A stretch of DNA of 64,000 nt from Salpingoeca rosetta (GCA_033442325.1 JAWQFM010000006.1:1379124-1443123), one strand, 5' to 3'. Shown: positions 1 through 30,265, counted from the stretch's first letter. Numbers and translations are program-made. The notes: generated by a model not told the origin, from the letters alone.

Positions 1-8408
<8,408 letters not shown>

Positions 8409-8596
8409 GTCGATGTCGATGATGGTGTGTAATCGGCGCAGGTTGGTTTGGTTGGTTTGGCGCAGTCCACAAAGCAGTCCGCCAGTTCCAGTTTCAAAGA
8501 CAGTCAGCGACACCACGAAAAGCAACGGCGCACCCGCTGCTCAAATGGAGAAAATGTTTGATTTGAGCGCGAAGATCAAATGCCCATTTTTAATCC

Positions 8597-8603
8597 TGGC
8601 AAC
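8597..8603 (-). promoter_or_regulatory. Possible RFX (X-box half-site) motif GTTGCCA upstream of CFAP210
   Basis: TGGCAAC lies 160 bp upstream of the ATG of a ciliary gene. This 7-mer also occurs by chance elsewhere in the window. Confidence 0.3.
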
Positions 8604-8762
8604 ACAAACAGCAGAGAGACAAGACAACAGCGGACGCCAAGAAGAAAGGAAGGAACCACGCCAAGACGGGCAGCTGTGAGTGTGGTCGTCGAGCAGACAC
8701 AGGGGAGGCGGGAGCAGCAAGAAGACAAGAATCCAGCAACAGCAGCAGCAGCAGTCGCGGTC

Positions 8763-8946
8763 ATGGCACGACGAAGCCAGTCAAACCAAAAGGTGCGCGC
8801 GTGCGTGATTGGGTGTGCGTTGATGAATGATGATGCAGATGAGCGCGAAGATGTGTTGGATTGTGATGAGGGTTGATCGTGGCGTGATGTGGACCGTTTG
8901 CACACCCACAGCCACAACCAACGCGCAATGCACTGTCTATCTGTCC

Positions 8947-9011
<65 letters not shown>

Positions 9012-10860
9012 CCTCTGTCTCACCCTCATTTGCGCATCTCACACGCACCCACACGTTGCCTGTTGTCGGTGTTGTCGTGCAGGCGCTCGTCTTGAGCCGT
9101 GACGAGTGGGAGCGAATCAAGGCGCACCTTCGCCCATCGCCTCAGATCATCGAGCAGCAGCGCAAGCAACAAGAGAAGCAGCGCCTGCACGAGCTCTCGC
9201 AGCAGAGCGTCGCAGGATGGTCGAACACGATCGCTGTACGTCTATGCGTGTGACATGTGTCGTTGAGAGGGGCTCTCGGAAGGTCAATGTTTTTTTTTTT
9301 TTGATCATGTCAAACATGACCGAGGGCATGTGCCAAGATGTGTGTACGTGTGTTCTTGTGTGTGTGTGTGTGTTATTGTGTGTGTGTGTGTTTGTGTGCC
9401 TGTGTGTTTGCTTTGATAGCTTGGCTACCACAATGCCACCAACTGACTGCGCAGCACATGCATCTCATCATCTCAACGTTCAGGGTCAAAGGCAAGCAAA
9501 GCTGGAGGCACGAAAGAAGCGGCTGGAGCAGATGGAGGTGGGCTCGTCTCTCCACATCAACACAATACTGCTCGCACCTGTCCACTGTCACGTATCTCCG
9601 CTTGCCATGGCTGTCAACCGCGTCATGTTGACCTGCCGCTCCGCTGTCGTGCTCTCAAGCCCACACTCACCCAATGGCATGACAACACGTCTCGTGCCCT
9701 TCGTGTGTGCTCGCTGCCTTTGTGGGTACAAATTCAGGAGAAGCGCAAGCAGCTGGACAAGGAGGAAGAAGAATTCCAGGCAGAGCAGCGCCGCAAGGCC
9801 ATCGAAAAGGCAAAGGTGTGCATGCATGTGCATGAGCGCACATCACGTCACGTGCTTCGGCAAGCTTTGTGTCTGACTGGACAGCCCATGCCGTCTCGTG
9901 ATCCCTGGTTGTCATCCAAGTGACGCTACGCGCACAGAAACACACACAGACAAGCGCACACGCGTTCACCACCGTGCGCCAACTCACCGCCACTGCCTTG
10001 CGCTGCGCACGTGTCAACAGCAACAACTGTACGAGCAAGACGACCGCATCCGCGGGGTGCAATCTGCCGTGCTCATGTCCGAGGTCATCCGTGAGCGCGA
10101 GCGCCAGGCAAACAGAAAGACAAAGCGGTTGGTGGCCTCATATATGTTTGTGTGTTTGTTTGTGTGTTTGTTTGTTTGTTTGCTTGTTTGCTTGTTTTGT
10201 GTCGAATGGCATGGCCCTTTCTACGTTTCAAGCTGGATACATGCCCACACTCGTTCGTGTGTGCACACTTACATGTGGGCTCACACACTCTCCGGTCTCA
10301 CTACTGCCATTGCTTGTTGCCGTCACCACCCTTGCTTTGATCACGGACAGTGCGGAGTTGTTGAAGCAGTATGAGCAGAGTCTTGTTGAGCAGAGCGAGC
10401 AAGAGCGCATCGAGGCAGAGAAGCGCGAGGTGCGTTGACCTCTGGATGGGTGCAGTGAGGATGAGGGCTGCAGTGCATGACACACCTGCGCCGGCTTGGT
10501 TTGAACACAGTGACAAATCACCTTGCTTCTATTCACTCACACACTCACACAAACGCACACACACACACATACAAACACACACACGCACGCACACACGCAC
10601 ACACACACACTCTCTCTCTCTCTCTGGCCGCGGTTGCCAGGCTGAGAAGCAGCGGCTGAAGCGGGAGCAAGAGATTGCACTGGCGGCAGACCAGCTGCAG
10701 CAGGCGGCAGAGAAGCGCAAGCAGCGCCTGCACATGCGCAAGGCCGAGCTCGACGAGGCTGTCGCCATCCACGAGGACGTGGTGCGTCTCACAGCTTGCA
10801 CGGTGGCGGTGGTGGTGTCATTGCTTTGTTCTGATGGTGGATATACATGTGCGCATGCCC

Positions 10861-10912
<52 letters not shown>

Positions 10913-11191
10913 AGCGCGCACAGTTTCCTTCTCTATGCATGCCATTAGCTCAAACCATCCAAGCACTGACATGTAATTTCTTACCTCGCAAACACACACA
11001 CACACAAACACACAAACGTAAACACATACGTCGCTTCATTTGCAGAACAAGCACACGGCGGAGGAAAAGGCGCGCCAGGTGGCGACAATGCAGCAAAAAC
11101 AACATTTGAGGTCGGAATTTGAACGTCAGCGGCAGGAGCGCGAGCTGCTCGAACAGCGCGAGAAGGAACTCCAAGAGCAGGAAGAAGAAAG

Positions 11192-11239
<48 letters not shown>

Positions 11240-12752
11240 ACGTGTGCGTGTACAGGGGTTGTGTTAATACACTGCTGCCTTGCTTGACTGCGCTTCTCCG
11301 AGTACACCTGCATTGATAAGATCACCCGCTCACACAGCAACATTGCCCTCCCCATCCTCCTTGCCCCCCCCCCAATGCAGGCTGCGGCTTTACACGGAGA
11401 CGCACGACCGGCTGGTAACGCTGCAAAAGGAGCGGGAGGCGGAGCGCATTCGCCAGGTGCAGCAGGGCCGCTTCAACGTCGCAAACAAGCTTGCACAGTC
11501 CGTCAGGCGCGTCGCTGACGAGGTGACAGCACACTCACCATGGTGATGGCTGTTGTCGCCCCATTGGTTATTGAGGGTTGCCGCTGTGCTTGTGCACCAC
11601 TCTATTTGTGTCCTTTCATGTGCAATTCTCACGCTTCCTGGTTTGTATGTACGCGTGTGTGTGTGAGCAGGAGGAGCAGCAGCGGCAGCGCGTGATTGAG
11701 GAGCGGGACCGCCAGCGCCAAGAGGTTAGCAGGACCCCATCACACCCTCCCTTTGTCGCACAGACATGCACAGACATGCACACGTGTTCCTACCTTTTCC
11801 TTGCCTAACTCCCTTTCATACCTTGCATTTCGCTCACATGTGTGTGCGTGTGTGCGTGTGCGTGGTGGTGGTGGTTTTTTTTTTTTTCATTTCGCGCAGG
11901 CTGAGGAGCGAAAGGAACAGGAGCGGAAGAGAATGCTGGATGACATTTTCCAGCACCGCGAGATGGACATGCAGCGCAAGGCCCGCGCAAGGAAGGAGGA
12001 GGCTGAACGCGAGAAGCAGGTGTGTGCAAGTATGTGTGTGAGTGTGTGTATGCAAGAGTGTGTGCGTGTGTATGCAAGTGTGTGTGTGTGTGTGGCCTGA
12101 GTTGTAGTGAGTGAAACAACCCAAACTTGCTTTCCCTTCGTCGCTTCATTTTCTTGCCTTGTACTCATGCAGCCGGTTGTGTGCGTGTGTTTTGTTTGTC
12201 TCTAGCGCGCGGAAGAGTTCCGGCGGCAGGCGGAAGACGCAAAGAAGCAAGCGGAGGAGAAGCGACGAAAGGTTGGTCATATGTCATCTATGTCACTGTT
12301 GCAAGTACACGCACATCCCCGCGCGCATACACACATATACACTGTGTTGCCATACATGCAAGTGATGAACAGGAAGTGTTGTCATTGCAACTGCCTCGCG
12401 TTTGCTATTTCAACTTCCGAATCTCCAAACCTCCAACCTGTTCCCCAACTGCCCAACCGCTAACCTTCCTGCCTTTGTGTCACTGTGCCGAGCAGAAGCG
12501 CGAGGAGTTGCAGCTGCTGCAGGGCGAAGTGCTGCAGATGCAGGAGCACAAGCGGCGCCAGCGCGTGGCCGAGCGCCAGGCGGAGATGCAGGAACGCGAG
12601 GAGCTGCTGTCAAAGGAGAAGCAAGAGGCGCAGTCGTTTGCTGCGTTCACATCGCAGCAGCTGCAAGGCGTCGAGGGCAACGGCTGCCCAAACACGTTTG
12701 CCATCAAGAAGGTTCGTGCGCACACGTTGCTGTTTTGCCCTTGCGCTTGTGT

Positions 12753-12803
<51 letters not shown>

Positions 12804-13109
12804 ACACGAGGACACACGTCTACACGTGCTGGAATCGTACGAAATCCGGGTTCATGCGTTGCATGCATGCAAGCACATGACCACTTGTTGTATCGCCCCA
12901 CGTCTCCACCCGTTCTCAACGACCAACCTACAACCAACCAACCAACCAACCACCACGGGCCCTTACTTGGTTGTGGCAAACAGGTGCTGCTGGCGGATAC
13001 ACAGAAGAAGCGCGGCCCGCCAAAGGAAGGCAAGCAGTGGACCCATTGCCGCGGCAACCCTTTCCCTGGCGACACCACCCGTCGCCTGGGCTTCACTTGG
13101 ACCGACTAG
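8763..13109 (+). CDS. CFAP210: Cilia/flagella-associated coiled-coil protein CFAP210 (CCDC173), trichohyalin-plectin-homology type; multi-exon
   Basis: MARRSQSNQK (8763-8792) splices in frame to ALVLSRDEWERIK (9083). Motifs LHELSQQSVAGWSNTIAGQRQAKLEARKKR, FQAEQRRKAIEKAKQQLYEQDDRIRGVQSAVLMSEVIRERERQ and the C-terminal GDTTRRLGFTWTD* match recalled CCDC173 motifs. Exons are E/K/Q/R-rich coiled coil. Confidence 0.8.
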
Positions 13110-13807
13110 ACATACACGTCGTGTCGTGTGGTGTCGTGTCGTGTGGTGTCGTGTCTGTTGCTTGTTTTGGTTGGTGCGGTGATGTTGTTAACTGCTCAAT
13201 ATCCTTGTGGTTTGCGTGTTTTCGGGATGGCTGTGTTGTGTCCAATGATGATCCGCACATACGCTGCTAGAGTTTGTTATCTTCCCGTCTCTCTCCTTTC
13301 TCTTCCTGTATTGCTGCCGTCACATGCGAACGTGGCTCGTAATTGGCTTGGCAGTCGACGATTCCAGTGCTGGTGCTTGTGTTTGCTTTCCTGCTCTCTT
13401 CTGATGATTGATTGAATCCCCCCCCTTCCAAATAAACGTGCCTCGCTCTCACCGCCCTGTTTGAGGTGGCAACTCAACCCGCCAACTCATGACAGCAGTT
13501 GTTTGCCTGCACGCACACGCAGTGAATAACTGAAACTGCATTCATGATCATGTAATGTATTACATGGCGTGCAGACATGTGTACACACACGCACTCACTC
13601 ACGCACACGCTTGAATGCACACGGTCAACAACCAAAGCCTTTTTACAAAACAAGGGCAAAAGTGCAAGTGTGCACGCAAGCACAAGCGCAAAAGTCGTTC
13701 ATAGTGCGCCTCAACATCAACGATGCACCGGCACTGCAAGGCACCGCTCAAAACCTGCCGTCTCGGTATATTTCCTCGTCCCTGGCCTATTCGCTTCAAA
13801 TTCGCAC

Positions 13808-14722
13808 TCACACAACGCAGTACTCAATATACTCGCCGCTTGGGGTGGGGATCCGCTCAATGTCTGGGCTCCGTGGTGGCGGTGACGCGTGGAATGAGGG
13901 AAGATGCTGGATCTCCGTGGGTACTGGGTTCCACGAGGATAATCGTTGCTGAATGCCCTCCGCAGCAGAGGCGCGTGTTGCCCTTGGTCTTGGTGAGTTG
14001 GCGATGGAATCTGCCGTGCCTCTTCTTCTCGCAAGGGACAGAGCAGGGATGTGGTGGCTCTGGCTGTGGTGTGCGTGATCGTGTTGTTGGCGCGCATAGT
14101 CGATGGCTCGCCTGCGGGCTCGAGCAATGTTGCAGATGACGTCGTCTGCGGCCTGCGCATCGAAGATGTGGAGCTGAATGGCTGCTTCACCCGCCTCGAT
14201 TTGCTCGTCCTGCTGTTCCTTTAGGAGCCGCCTCGTGCGTGCCTTTCGAATGCGCAGTACCCACTGGCGCACATAGTACACGATAAGGCCAATGATGATC
14301 AGGATGATTAGCTCCACACCCGCGATCAGCGTAATCACAAGAATCCCAAACGTGTTTGGCGCTGGCACGACGACATCGCCTGGACCTTGTGTGTGTGTAT
14401 GTGTATGTGTGTACATGTGTGTGTGTACATGTATGTGTATGTGTGTACATGTGTGTATGTACATGTGTGTGTATGTACATGTGTATGTATGTACATATGT
14501 GTATGTGTGTACATGAGCGGGTGAGTCAGGTGCTCAAGAGTACACGAGTACAACCACGTCATGTTTCCAGCGACGTGTCTCCTGTGTCCTGTCAGTCTCT
14601 CCTTTCCTCCATTTCCATATACATCTACAAACGCACACGCAGCTACACGCAGCTACACGCAGCTACACGCACAGCCACCCGCTCTCCTTGCCCTCCAACA
14701 ACAGCAACAAACCTTCGTTCAT
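13808..14722 (-). CDS. Hypothetical single-pass membrane protein (about 197 aa, 2 exons)
   Basis: Proposed micro-exon ATGAACGAAG|GTTTGT at 14722-14713 is phase-compatible with the exon starting at about 14386 (GPGDVVVPAPNTFG). TM segment ILVITLIAGVELIILIIIGLIVYYV is followed by basic RIRKARTRR. Protein ends GEYIEYCVV*. Confidence 0.6.
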
Positions 14723-14927
14723 CTCATCTCATCGCATGCAGACTTGCGCCACGACGGTACAAGCACTGCCCGACTGCCAAGTTTGTTTGTCGTCTGAGCC
14801 TGCAGGCTCTGGTCGAAAAGTTGTAAAACCTCACAACAATTCTCCACAACCGCCGTTTTCTTCTCTGTTCAAGTTTGTTGTTGGTTCGCCTTGTGATTGT
14901 GTGTTTACCCTCCTTCTCTCCTTGGCC

Positions 14928-23378
<8,451 letters not shown>

Positions 23379-23840
23379 TTGTGGTTTCATTGTGTCGTCT
23401 CTTGTGGTCTTGGATTGCTTATTGCACGTGCGTGGATGGTGTGGACGGTGTAGGGCTCTTTGCTTTCTGAGCGTGTGTTGCTTGGGTTGGTTGATTCACA
23501 GCGGGAGTGATGTGGGTGACAGAAAGCCAGTACAACATGAACAACAACAGTACGCCATCACAACCGACAACGCTGCCAAATCCACCCCACGCACACACAC
23601 TCACTGCGATTTTGTTTCTCAATGCGTTGGCTTTTGGTTGAATGCATGCAACTCGCTCGGGTGCAGTTAATGTTTAATTGTCTAGTCATCATGTACACTG
23701 TCGCCAAGACAAGCGGCGCAAGCAGCAGCACTGCGCTCGGCAGAATGCAAACAAGCGGGAGAGAAGAGAGATGGTGCGGGAGCGTGTGCGTGTGCACACA
23801 TCAAATCGCAAGAGTGCGAGGGTTTCACGCGCGCAGGCGC

Positions 23841-24153
23841 TTAGTCCTCCTCCTCCTCCTCGGCGCCCTCGACGTTGAAGTAGCGGACCTCGTATGTGGT
23901 GGGGTTGCTGGCGACGACGCGCAGGTACTCGCGCAAGCTAATCTCCTGGTTGACCTTGGTCTTCTTCAGGAACTTCTTCGTCAAGTACTTGATGTACCTG
24001 TGTATGTTCGATGAGGGGGGGGGGGGAGGTACAGTCAAAGCAAAACAGAGTGAGCGAACGAACACAAATAAAGTACCGAGGTGGACGACATGACAAACAG
24101 GCTGAGGCAAGCCGTAGAACGGGCGCACGCGCAGGAACCCACATTGCACAAGT

Positions 24154-24185
<32 letters not shown>

Positions 24186-24669
24186 GATGTGTAGACGCGA
24201 CCACGCAGCAACCCCACCCCCACTCAAGTCCACACGTCGGGACGTACCGCTTGGACATGGGCAGCTTGGTGGCGACGGTGACCTTGCTGTCGGTGTTGGT
24301 GATCTTGACGATACCGGCGAGCTGGCCGGTCTTGCCGTTGACCTTGATGCGCTCGTGCAGGAAGCGAGCAAACTCAGACACCTCCACGAGGCTGTCCTCG
24401 GCGACCTTGCTGAAGTCCACGGTGAACTTCTTTGTGGCGATCTTCTTGGCACCCTTTTGCTGTGTTGTTTTGTGCGAGACAAAAGCAGATGGTCGTGCAA
24501 ATACCCACGATCACAATCAATCATCATATGAATGAATGAATGAATGCAACCGCGGAATACTACACATTGTGCAAAAGGGACGCACTTGTGGAAGGGGCAA
24601 TCAAGCAAAAGAACGAGAGCGTTGGCATCTCTGCCATTTGTATCAGAGCTACAAGCTTACCGCAGGCAT
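23841..24669 (-). CDS. RPL22: 60S ribosomal protein L22 (eL22); 3 exons
   Basis: MPA|QKGAKKIATKKFTVDFSKVAEDSLVEVSEFARFLHERIKVNGKTGQL...PMSKR|YIKYLTKKFLKK...LREYLRVVASNPTTYEVRYFNVEGAEEEED*. The first exon is ATGCCTGCG|GTAAGC at 24669-24661. Confidence 0.97.
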
Positions 24670-24697
24670 GATGCTGGTCTGTGGTTGGTGTGTGGCT

Positions 24698-24808
24698 GGT
24701 GTGGTTGGTTGGTGTGGTTGGTTGGTGTGGTTGGTTGGTGTGGTTGGTTGGTGTGGTTGGTTGGTGTGGTTGGTTGGTGTGGTTGGTTGGTGTGGTTGGT
24801 TGGTGTGG
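24698..24808 (+). repeat. 13-bp tandem repeat (GGTTGGTGTGGTT)n, about 8 units, between the RPL22 and NPHP4 starts
   Basis: Directly visible. It contains 7 overlapping exact copies of GGTTGGTGTGGTTGG, starting at 24707 and recurring every 13 bp. Confidence 0.95.
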
Positions 24809-24823
24809 CAGAGCACGAGGCGG

Positions 24824-24841
24824 CAAGAAAAAAAAAAAGGC
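24824..24841 (-). promoter_or_regulatory. Putative TCT initiator / 5'-TOP polypyrimidine tract of RPL22
   Basis: The minus strand reads CC followed by a run of about 11 T and then CTT, roughly 170 nt upstream of a ribosomal-protein ATG. Confidence 0.45.
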
Positions 24842-25031
24842 ACTCCACACACACACGCACACGCACTGATGGCGAAAAGAACAAGGGCAGATACCACCCA
24901 AAATTTCTTTGGTTAGAAAAACAGTAGAAGATGTCAACAAAGCAGACTGTATTTTGCCACCTGTTGTTGGTTGGCAAAGAAGCCCTTGCCACATCAGGGA
25001 TTTGCCACCGCCGTTATCGAAGAAGACGGAG

Positions 25032-25216
25032 ATGAAGGCGGACGATGTGGAGGACAGCAGGGAGTGGTGCACGCATGTGCTTGGCAGTGCGGGCATGCCG
25101 CTACCGGCCCCTTCAGCGGCCAAGCCACGCCGAAACACTGCCGCCTTTGTCATTTACCTTGAACGCCTCGAAGATGTCACGCTGCCTTCCATCTACGAGG
25201 TAGCACTGATGTGTGT

Positions 25217-25254
<38 letters not shown>

Positions 25255-25385
25255 GTGTCTCTTGGTTTTGATGACGCTGGTGGTTGTTGTCACTCATGGC
25301 CGCTGCGCTGAGTTCTGCACTGGAGAAAGGTTCACCTGTTCACACAAAATTGCACACCAACCACACACACACACTCACATACTTG

Positions 25386-25422
<37 letters not shown>

Positions 25423-26996
25423 TCGCAAACACACACAACCACACACACACACACACTCATTCACACTCACACACACACACGCACACACACTAACTCACAC
25501 GCGTACGTGTGCAGGATCTGGATGTGAGCGCGACCGTGAGGGTGTCATTCTTCTTCGATGGCAGCAAGCAGGTGTTTGGGAAAACGTGGGTATCGGAGCC
25601 ATGTAAAGTGGTGCCTGTCGCTGGAAAACGACGTAAGGTTGACGTGGAGATCAAGCAGCACGCTTGGTTCAAGACCAAGATCGAGGACGAGGACTGCCTG
25701 GGCATCGTGGAGCTTGTCTTCCACGCACCATCTTTCAACGACAGCGTGGATGACTTGGAGGTCCCCTTGCTGCCGCATCAGGTCGCCGCAGGCTGGCAGC
25801 TCGTCAGCATGTTCCCGCCACGCGGCGAGCGGCACACGGCCGAGACCATGGACGACATCCCGCAGCAGATCAGCGCCAGCATCGACCGCCTCGACATGCT
25901 TCCCGGCAGCCCGCAAGTGCTCTTTGTGCTGGAGGTGCACGCCATTGAAGGCTTGCAGAGCTTGCAGTTGCAAACAGAGATGCAGGGCGCGCTGAGCCTG
26001 GCCCTGATCGAAGCAACCGCACCACTCTCAAAGCGCTTCAAGTACGTGCCTGATAACATGCTCGTGTCCCGATACACGCGCGTGCCTGGCCTGGTTGAAA
26101 ACCTGCGGCCCATGTTCGACGACGAGGAGGACCCGGAGACGTGGGAGTGGATCCGGGACGCCGCGCCCGAGCAGGCCAAGCCGTTGATTGCCAGTGACCT
26201 GCAGATTGCGATGACGCCCTCCTTACAGCGCTTTGAGGAGACGCTCCTCGACCACATCAAACAGGTGCACCACCGCATCTTGTGCTGCGTGCGCGCGCAT
26301 GTGTGTCTGTGTCTGTCTGTGTCTGTGTCTGTGTGTGTGTGTGTGTGTTTTCTTGTGTTGGGTGGTGCCGTTATTGTGTACATGTGTAAGAAGCTGCCTC
26401 AGCTGCTGCTCGATGCGCCTGGCAGTGTGCTCTTGTGGAACGTGGCCATGCTTTCCTTGAACCAATTCTTAACACACACAACCCACACACACACACACGC
26501 AACCACGCACACACACACACACACGCACACGCAACACACATGAGCAGTCTGTGACGACTGCGCATCCTGGTTTGGATGAGAAGGAGACCAGCAACATCAT
26601 GCGTCGCGTTGCTGTGAAGCAGCGCTTCCTCAACGTAAGGAAGCAAAGAGTGGAAGTGGTTTGCGTGTGTGCGCGTGTGTGCGCTTGTGTGCGCGTGCGT
26701 GCATGTGTGCGTGCTTTTGCCAGCCTGCTTGGATTGCACGTGGAATGCGTGAGTGTGACCCCGCTTTCATCGCTCAAGTCTCCACCATTGCTGCGTTGTT
26801 GCTGTTGGGGTGATTGTGGTCGTTGCAGGTGGGCGTACACAACGGCCTCACATACTTGAAGAAGCCAACACAGATCCCGCTGGTGGTGCGTTGGGCATCC
26901 TTGTTTTCATGGCGGCGAATGGAGGGATGACGACGCCTTCGTTATTGCTGCACACTGCCCTCATCATGACCAGCTGACCAGCTCACAAAGCCACAA

Positions 26997-27070
<74 letters not shown>

Positions 27071-29264
27071 GCACGCACGCACGCACGCACACACGCACGC
27101 ACGCACGCACGCACGCACACACGAAACGCCACAACCACAAAACCACGACCACACCTACAACCACGATGCAAGCAGCAGGAGAGTGGGAACCGCAGCTATG
27201 CGTCAACACGCGAGGGCGAGCAGGGAAGCGACGAAAACACGCGTGCAGCAGAGGCGCAGGCATCGTCTGGGGATGGTGGATCCCATCTCCACTTTGACGG
27301 CACAATTGAATTGCGTGATGTCGTGCAGGCGCCTGAGATGGCGGTGACGCTTGAGCTGCTGTACGCTGTTGCTGTCCCCGTCGTCTTCGACAAGGCAGCA
27401 GGGAAGCAAGGCAAGCGCATGTCACGCGCGTTTTCACATCAGCAGTCGATATCCGCGCTGCCAACGCAGATGGAGCAGACGTTTTGTCTCCGTTTCGGCT
27501 GTGTCCTCCCCTTTGCAGGCGGACAGGACCCGGCTGCCGTGGCCTCGCACACCATCGAGCTGCTCGGTACGTGCACACGATGTTCTCTCATTTTATTCGT
27601 GCACGCAAGTCCTTTGCTTTGCTTCGCTTTGCTCGGGCGTGTTTTGTGCTTGATGCACGTTTTGTGCGTTGTATTCATACGTACGTGCTTGCGCATTCTG
27701 TGCATGGTTGCACGTTGTGCGCGTGTGGGTGCAAGACGAAATCAATACTTTCCTGCTGTTGCTTTCTGTGCTCATTGAACAATCACGCGACGCACTGCCC
27801 ACATCAGGCCCGCCACTGCAGACGCCAAAGAACGATTTGCTGTTCACTGCGCAGCAGCTTGACCGCGACAGCCGCGTCTTCCTCACAAAACAGTACTGCC
27901 AGGCATTCGCCAGGTGCGCGCACCCTCATGGTTGATGTGCGTGTGCGCGTGTGTGCGTGTGCGTGTGCGTGTGTGTGTGCGTGTGTGTGTGTGCCTGCCT
28001 GTACGCGCGTAAGTGTTAACCTTGCCTGTCCTCCTTGCGCTCTCGATCACGCTTGAATCACTCAACCGCACACACCATTCGCCGTCCCGCCCCTTGCGTC
28101 CAATCCACCCTGAACCATTGGCAGCTTGACGCTCTCCGTCACAGATGTAGACGAACTGCTGCACACACGCGGGGAAAATCTCGGTGAGCGCACATGTGCG
28201 GCTGACTGCATTGCACCTGCCACACCCGTGGACACACCACGTGCGAGAGTGCGAAGGCGTTTGTACGCGTTGATGATGCTCCTTGTGGTCCAGTTTGTTG
28301 TGATCGCCTCAACCCTGACGCGTGGTGTCCCGAATGATCCACATGTCCTCAGGCCACAGCATGCGGCATGCGATGGTGCGGGCCCTGAGTCACGTCGGCC
28401 GCGACGATGAAGACGGAATTGCGCAGCGCCCACAGTCGGCTGAACCGTCCCCTCGCATGCGGGTATTGTGGCCTGTCGCGTGTACATGTGTGCATGTGCC
28501 GTGTATGCGTGTGCATGTGTGCGTGTGCTTGTACGCACATGCGCGTGCTTGTATCGTGTATGCGTGTGCATGTGTGCGTGTGCGCGTGCGTGCATGAGCG
28601 TGGAGAGCGACCTAATTCGCGGCTTTTGCACCACATGATGTCGCTTGTTTTGCGATTCATGCTGTCGCCCAGGGTCGCCGCTTGCCGTCATCACCAGCCG
28701 CCCGCTCCCAGTCCCTCTACGTCCCAAAGAAGGTGCAGTGCATTGCAATGGCACACAACACACAAAGACACAAGAACGAACACACATACACACACATGTG
28801 CATGCATGTGTTCACCTTGTTGCTTGCGCTTGTCCTCTTTCCTATGTCTCCTTGCGCTTGAGACAGAAGCGTGGGCAGAGCTTGCTTGCACCGCCGGGCA
28901 GCCACCGCAAACCACAACCATCATCAACAACAGCGGCACAGCACTCGGGGGGAGGGCGCAGTCGCGTGCTGGCGGAGAAGCAGCGAGCCGTGTCGTTCTC
29001 AACCAACCTGGCCGCCCCCGTGCGGCGCGGTGGTCCCGCGTTTGCAACTCCGCTCAGGCCATCCACCGCTCCAGACACGTCCACGGGGAAGAAGGGTGCG
29101 TGCGTGTGCATGTGTATGTGTATGTATGTGTGTGCGTGTATGTGTGTGCGTGCGTGTACTGCTGTCGTGAAGTAGCTACGTGCATCTGCTTTTGTCTCAC
29201 ATGGCGAACGTTGACGCACACACACACACAATACACACAATACACACACAATACACACACACGC

Positions 29265-29297
<33 letters not shown>

Positions 29298-29320
29298 GTC
29301 TCTGTCTCTCTGTCTCTCTC

Positions 29321-29351
<31 letters not shown>

Positions 29352-29352
29352 G

Positions 29353-29422
<70 letters not shown>

Positions 29423-29658
29423 NNNNNNNNNNNNNNNNNNNNNNNNNNNNNNNNNNNNNNNNNNNNNNNNNNNNNNNNNNNNNNNNNNNNNNNNNNNNNN
29501 NNNNNNNNNNNNNNNNNNNNNNNNNNNNNNNNNNNNNNNNNNNNNNNNNNNNNNNNNNNNNNNNNNNNNNNNNNNNNNNNNNNNNNNNNNNNNNNNNNNN
29601 NNNNNNNTGCTTTTGAAATTCCTCCACTGCCCCCCGTTTATCCCAGCTTGAGCACTCA

Positions 29659-29718
<60 letters not shown>

Positions 29719-30178
29719 CTAACACTCCCTGTTGCCCGTGCAGGCGGTGAGGAGGGCCTGCTGCCGTCGCGTGTGGATCGCGCTGTGCACGAATTTCCCG
29801 CCGGAGACGACGTAGACGACCACGACATGCGGGAGGTCAACACAACCATCCAGCCAGACGAGGTAGCGTGGCGTGGCATTGCTTGCATAGGGGCCGGGAG
29901 GTTCCACGGTTGCTTGCAAGCATGATGATTGGGGATTTGCAGGGTGGTCGCTGTTGTTTGTGCTGCCTACATTCAGCTCACCCTGCCTCTGCACTGTGGG
30001 CATCATCATAATCACCACCCCATCACCACACCACCATTACGGCTCCTTGGGTGGTTGCGGGGTGACCAGGTGACGGTTGCACAGCTGCCGTTTGCTCAGC
30101 ACGCCCTCCTCCCTGGTGACGCCGAGCCCGCAGCGGAATTCCCAGGCGTCTCCCGCGCTCTCCAGGCCGAAATCATGC

Positions 30179-30265
<87 letters not shown>

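Noticed and set aside
24460-24660. Possible C/D-box snoRNA in RPL22 intron 1 (ATGATGA on the minus strand)
   Set aside because: There is no downstream CTGA D box before the acceptor and no terminal stem.
24698-24808. Telomeric repeat or CRISPR-like array
   Set aside because: The unit is not TTAGGG-like, there are no unique spacers, and the context is eukaryotic with no cas genes.
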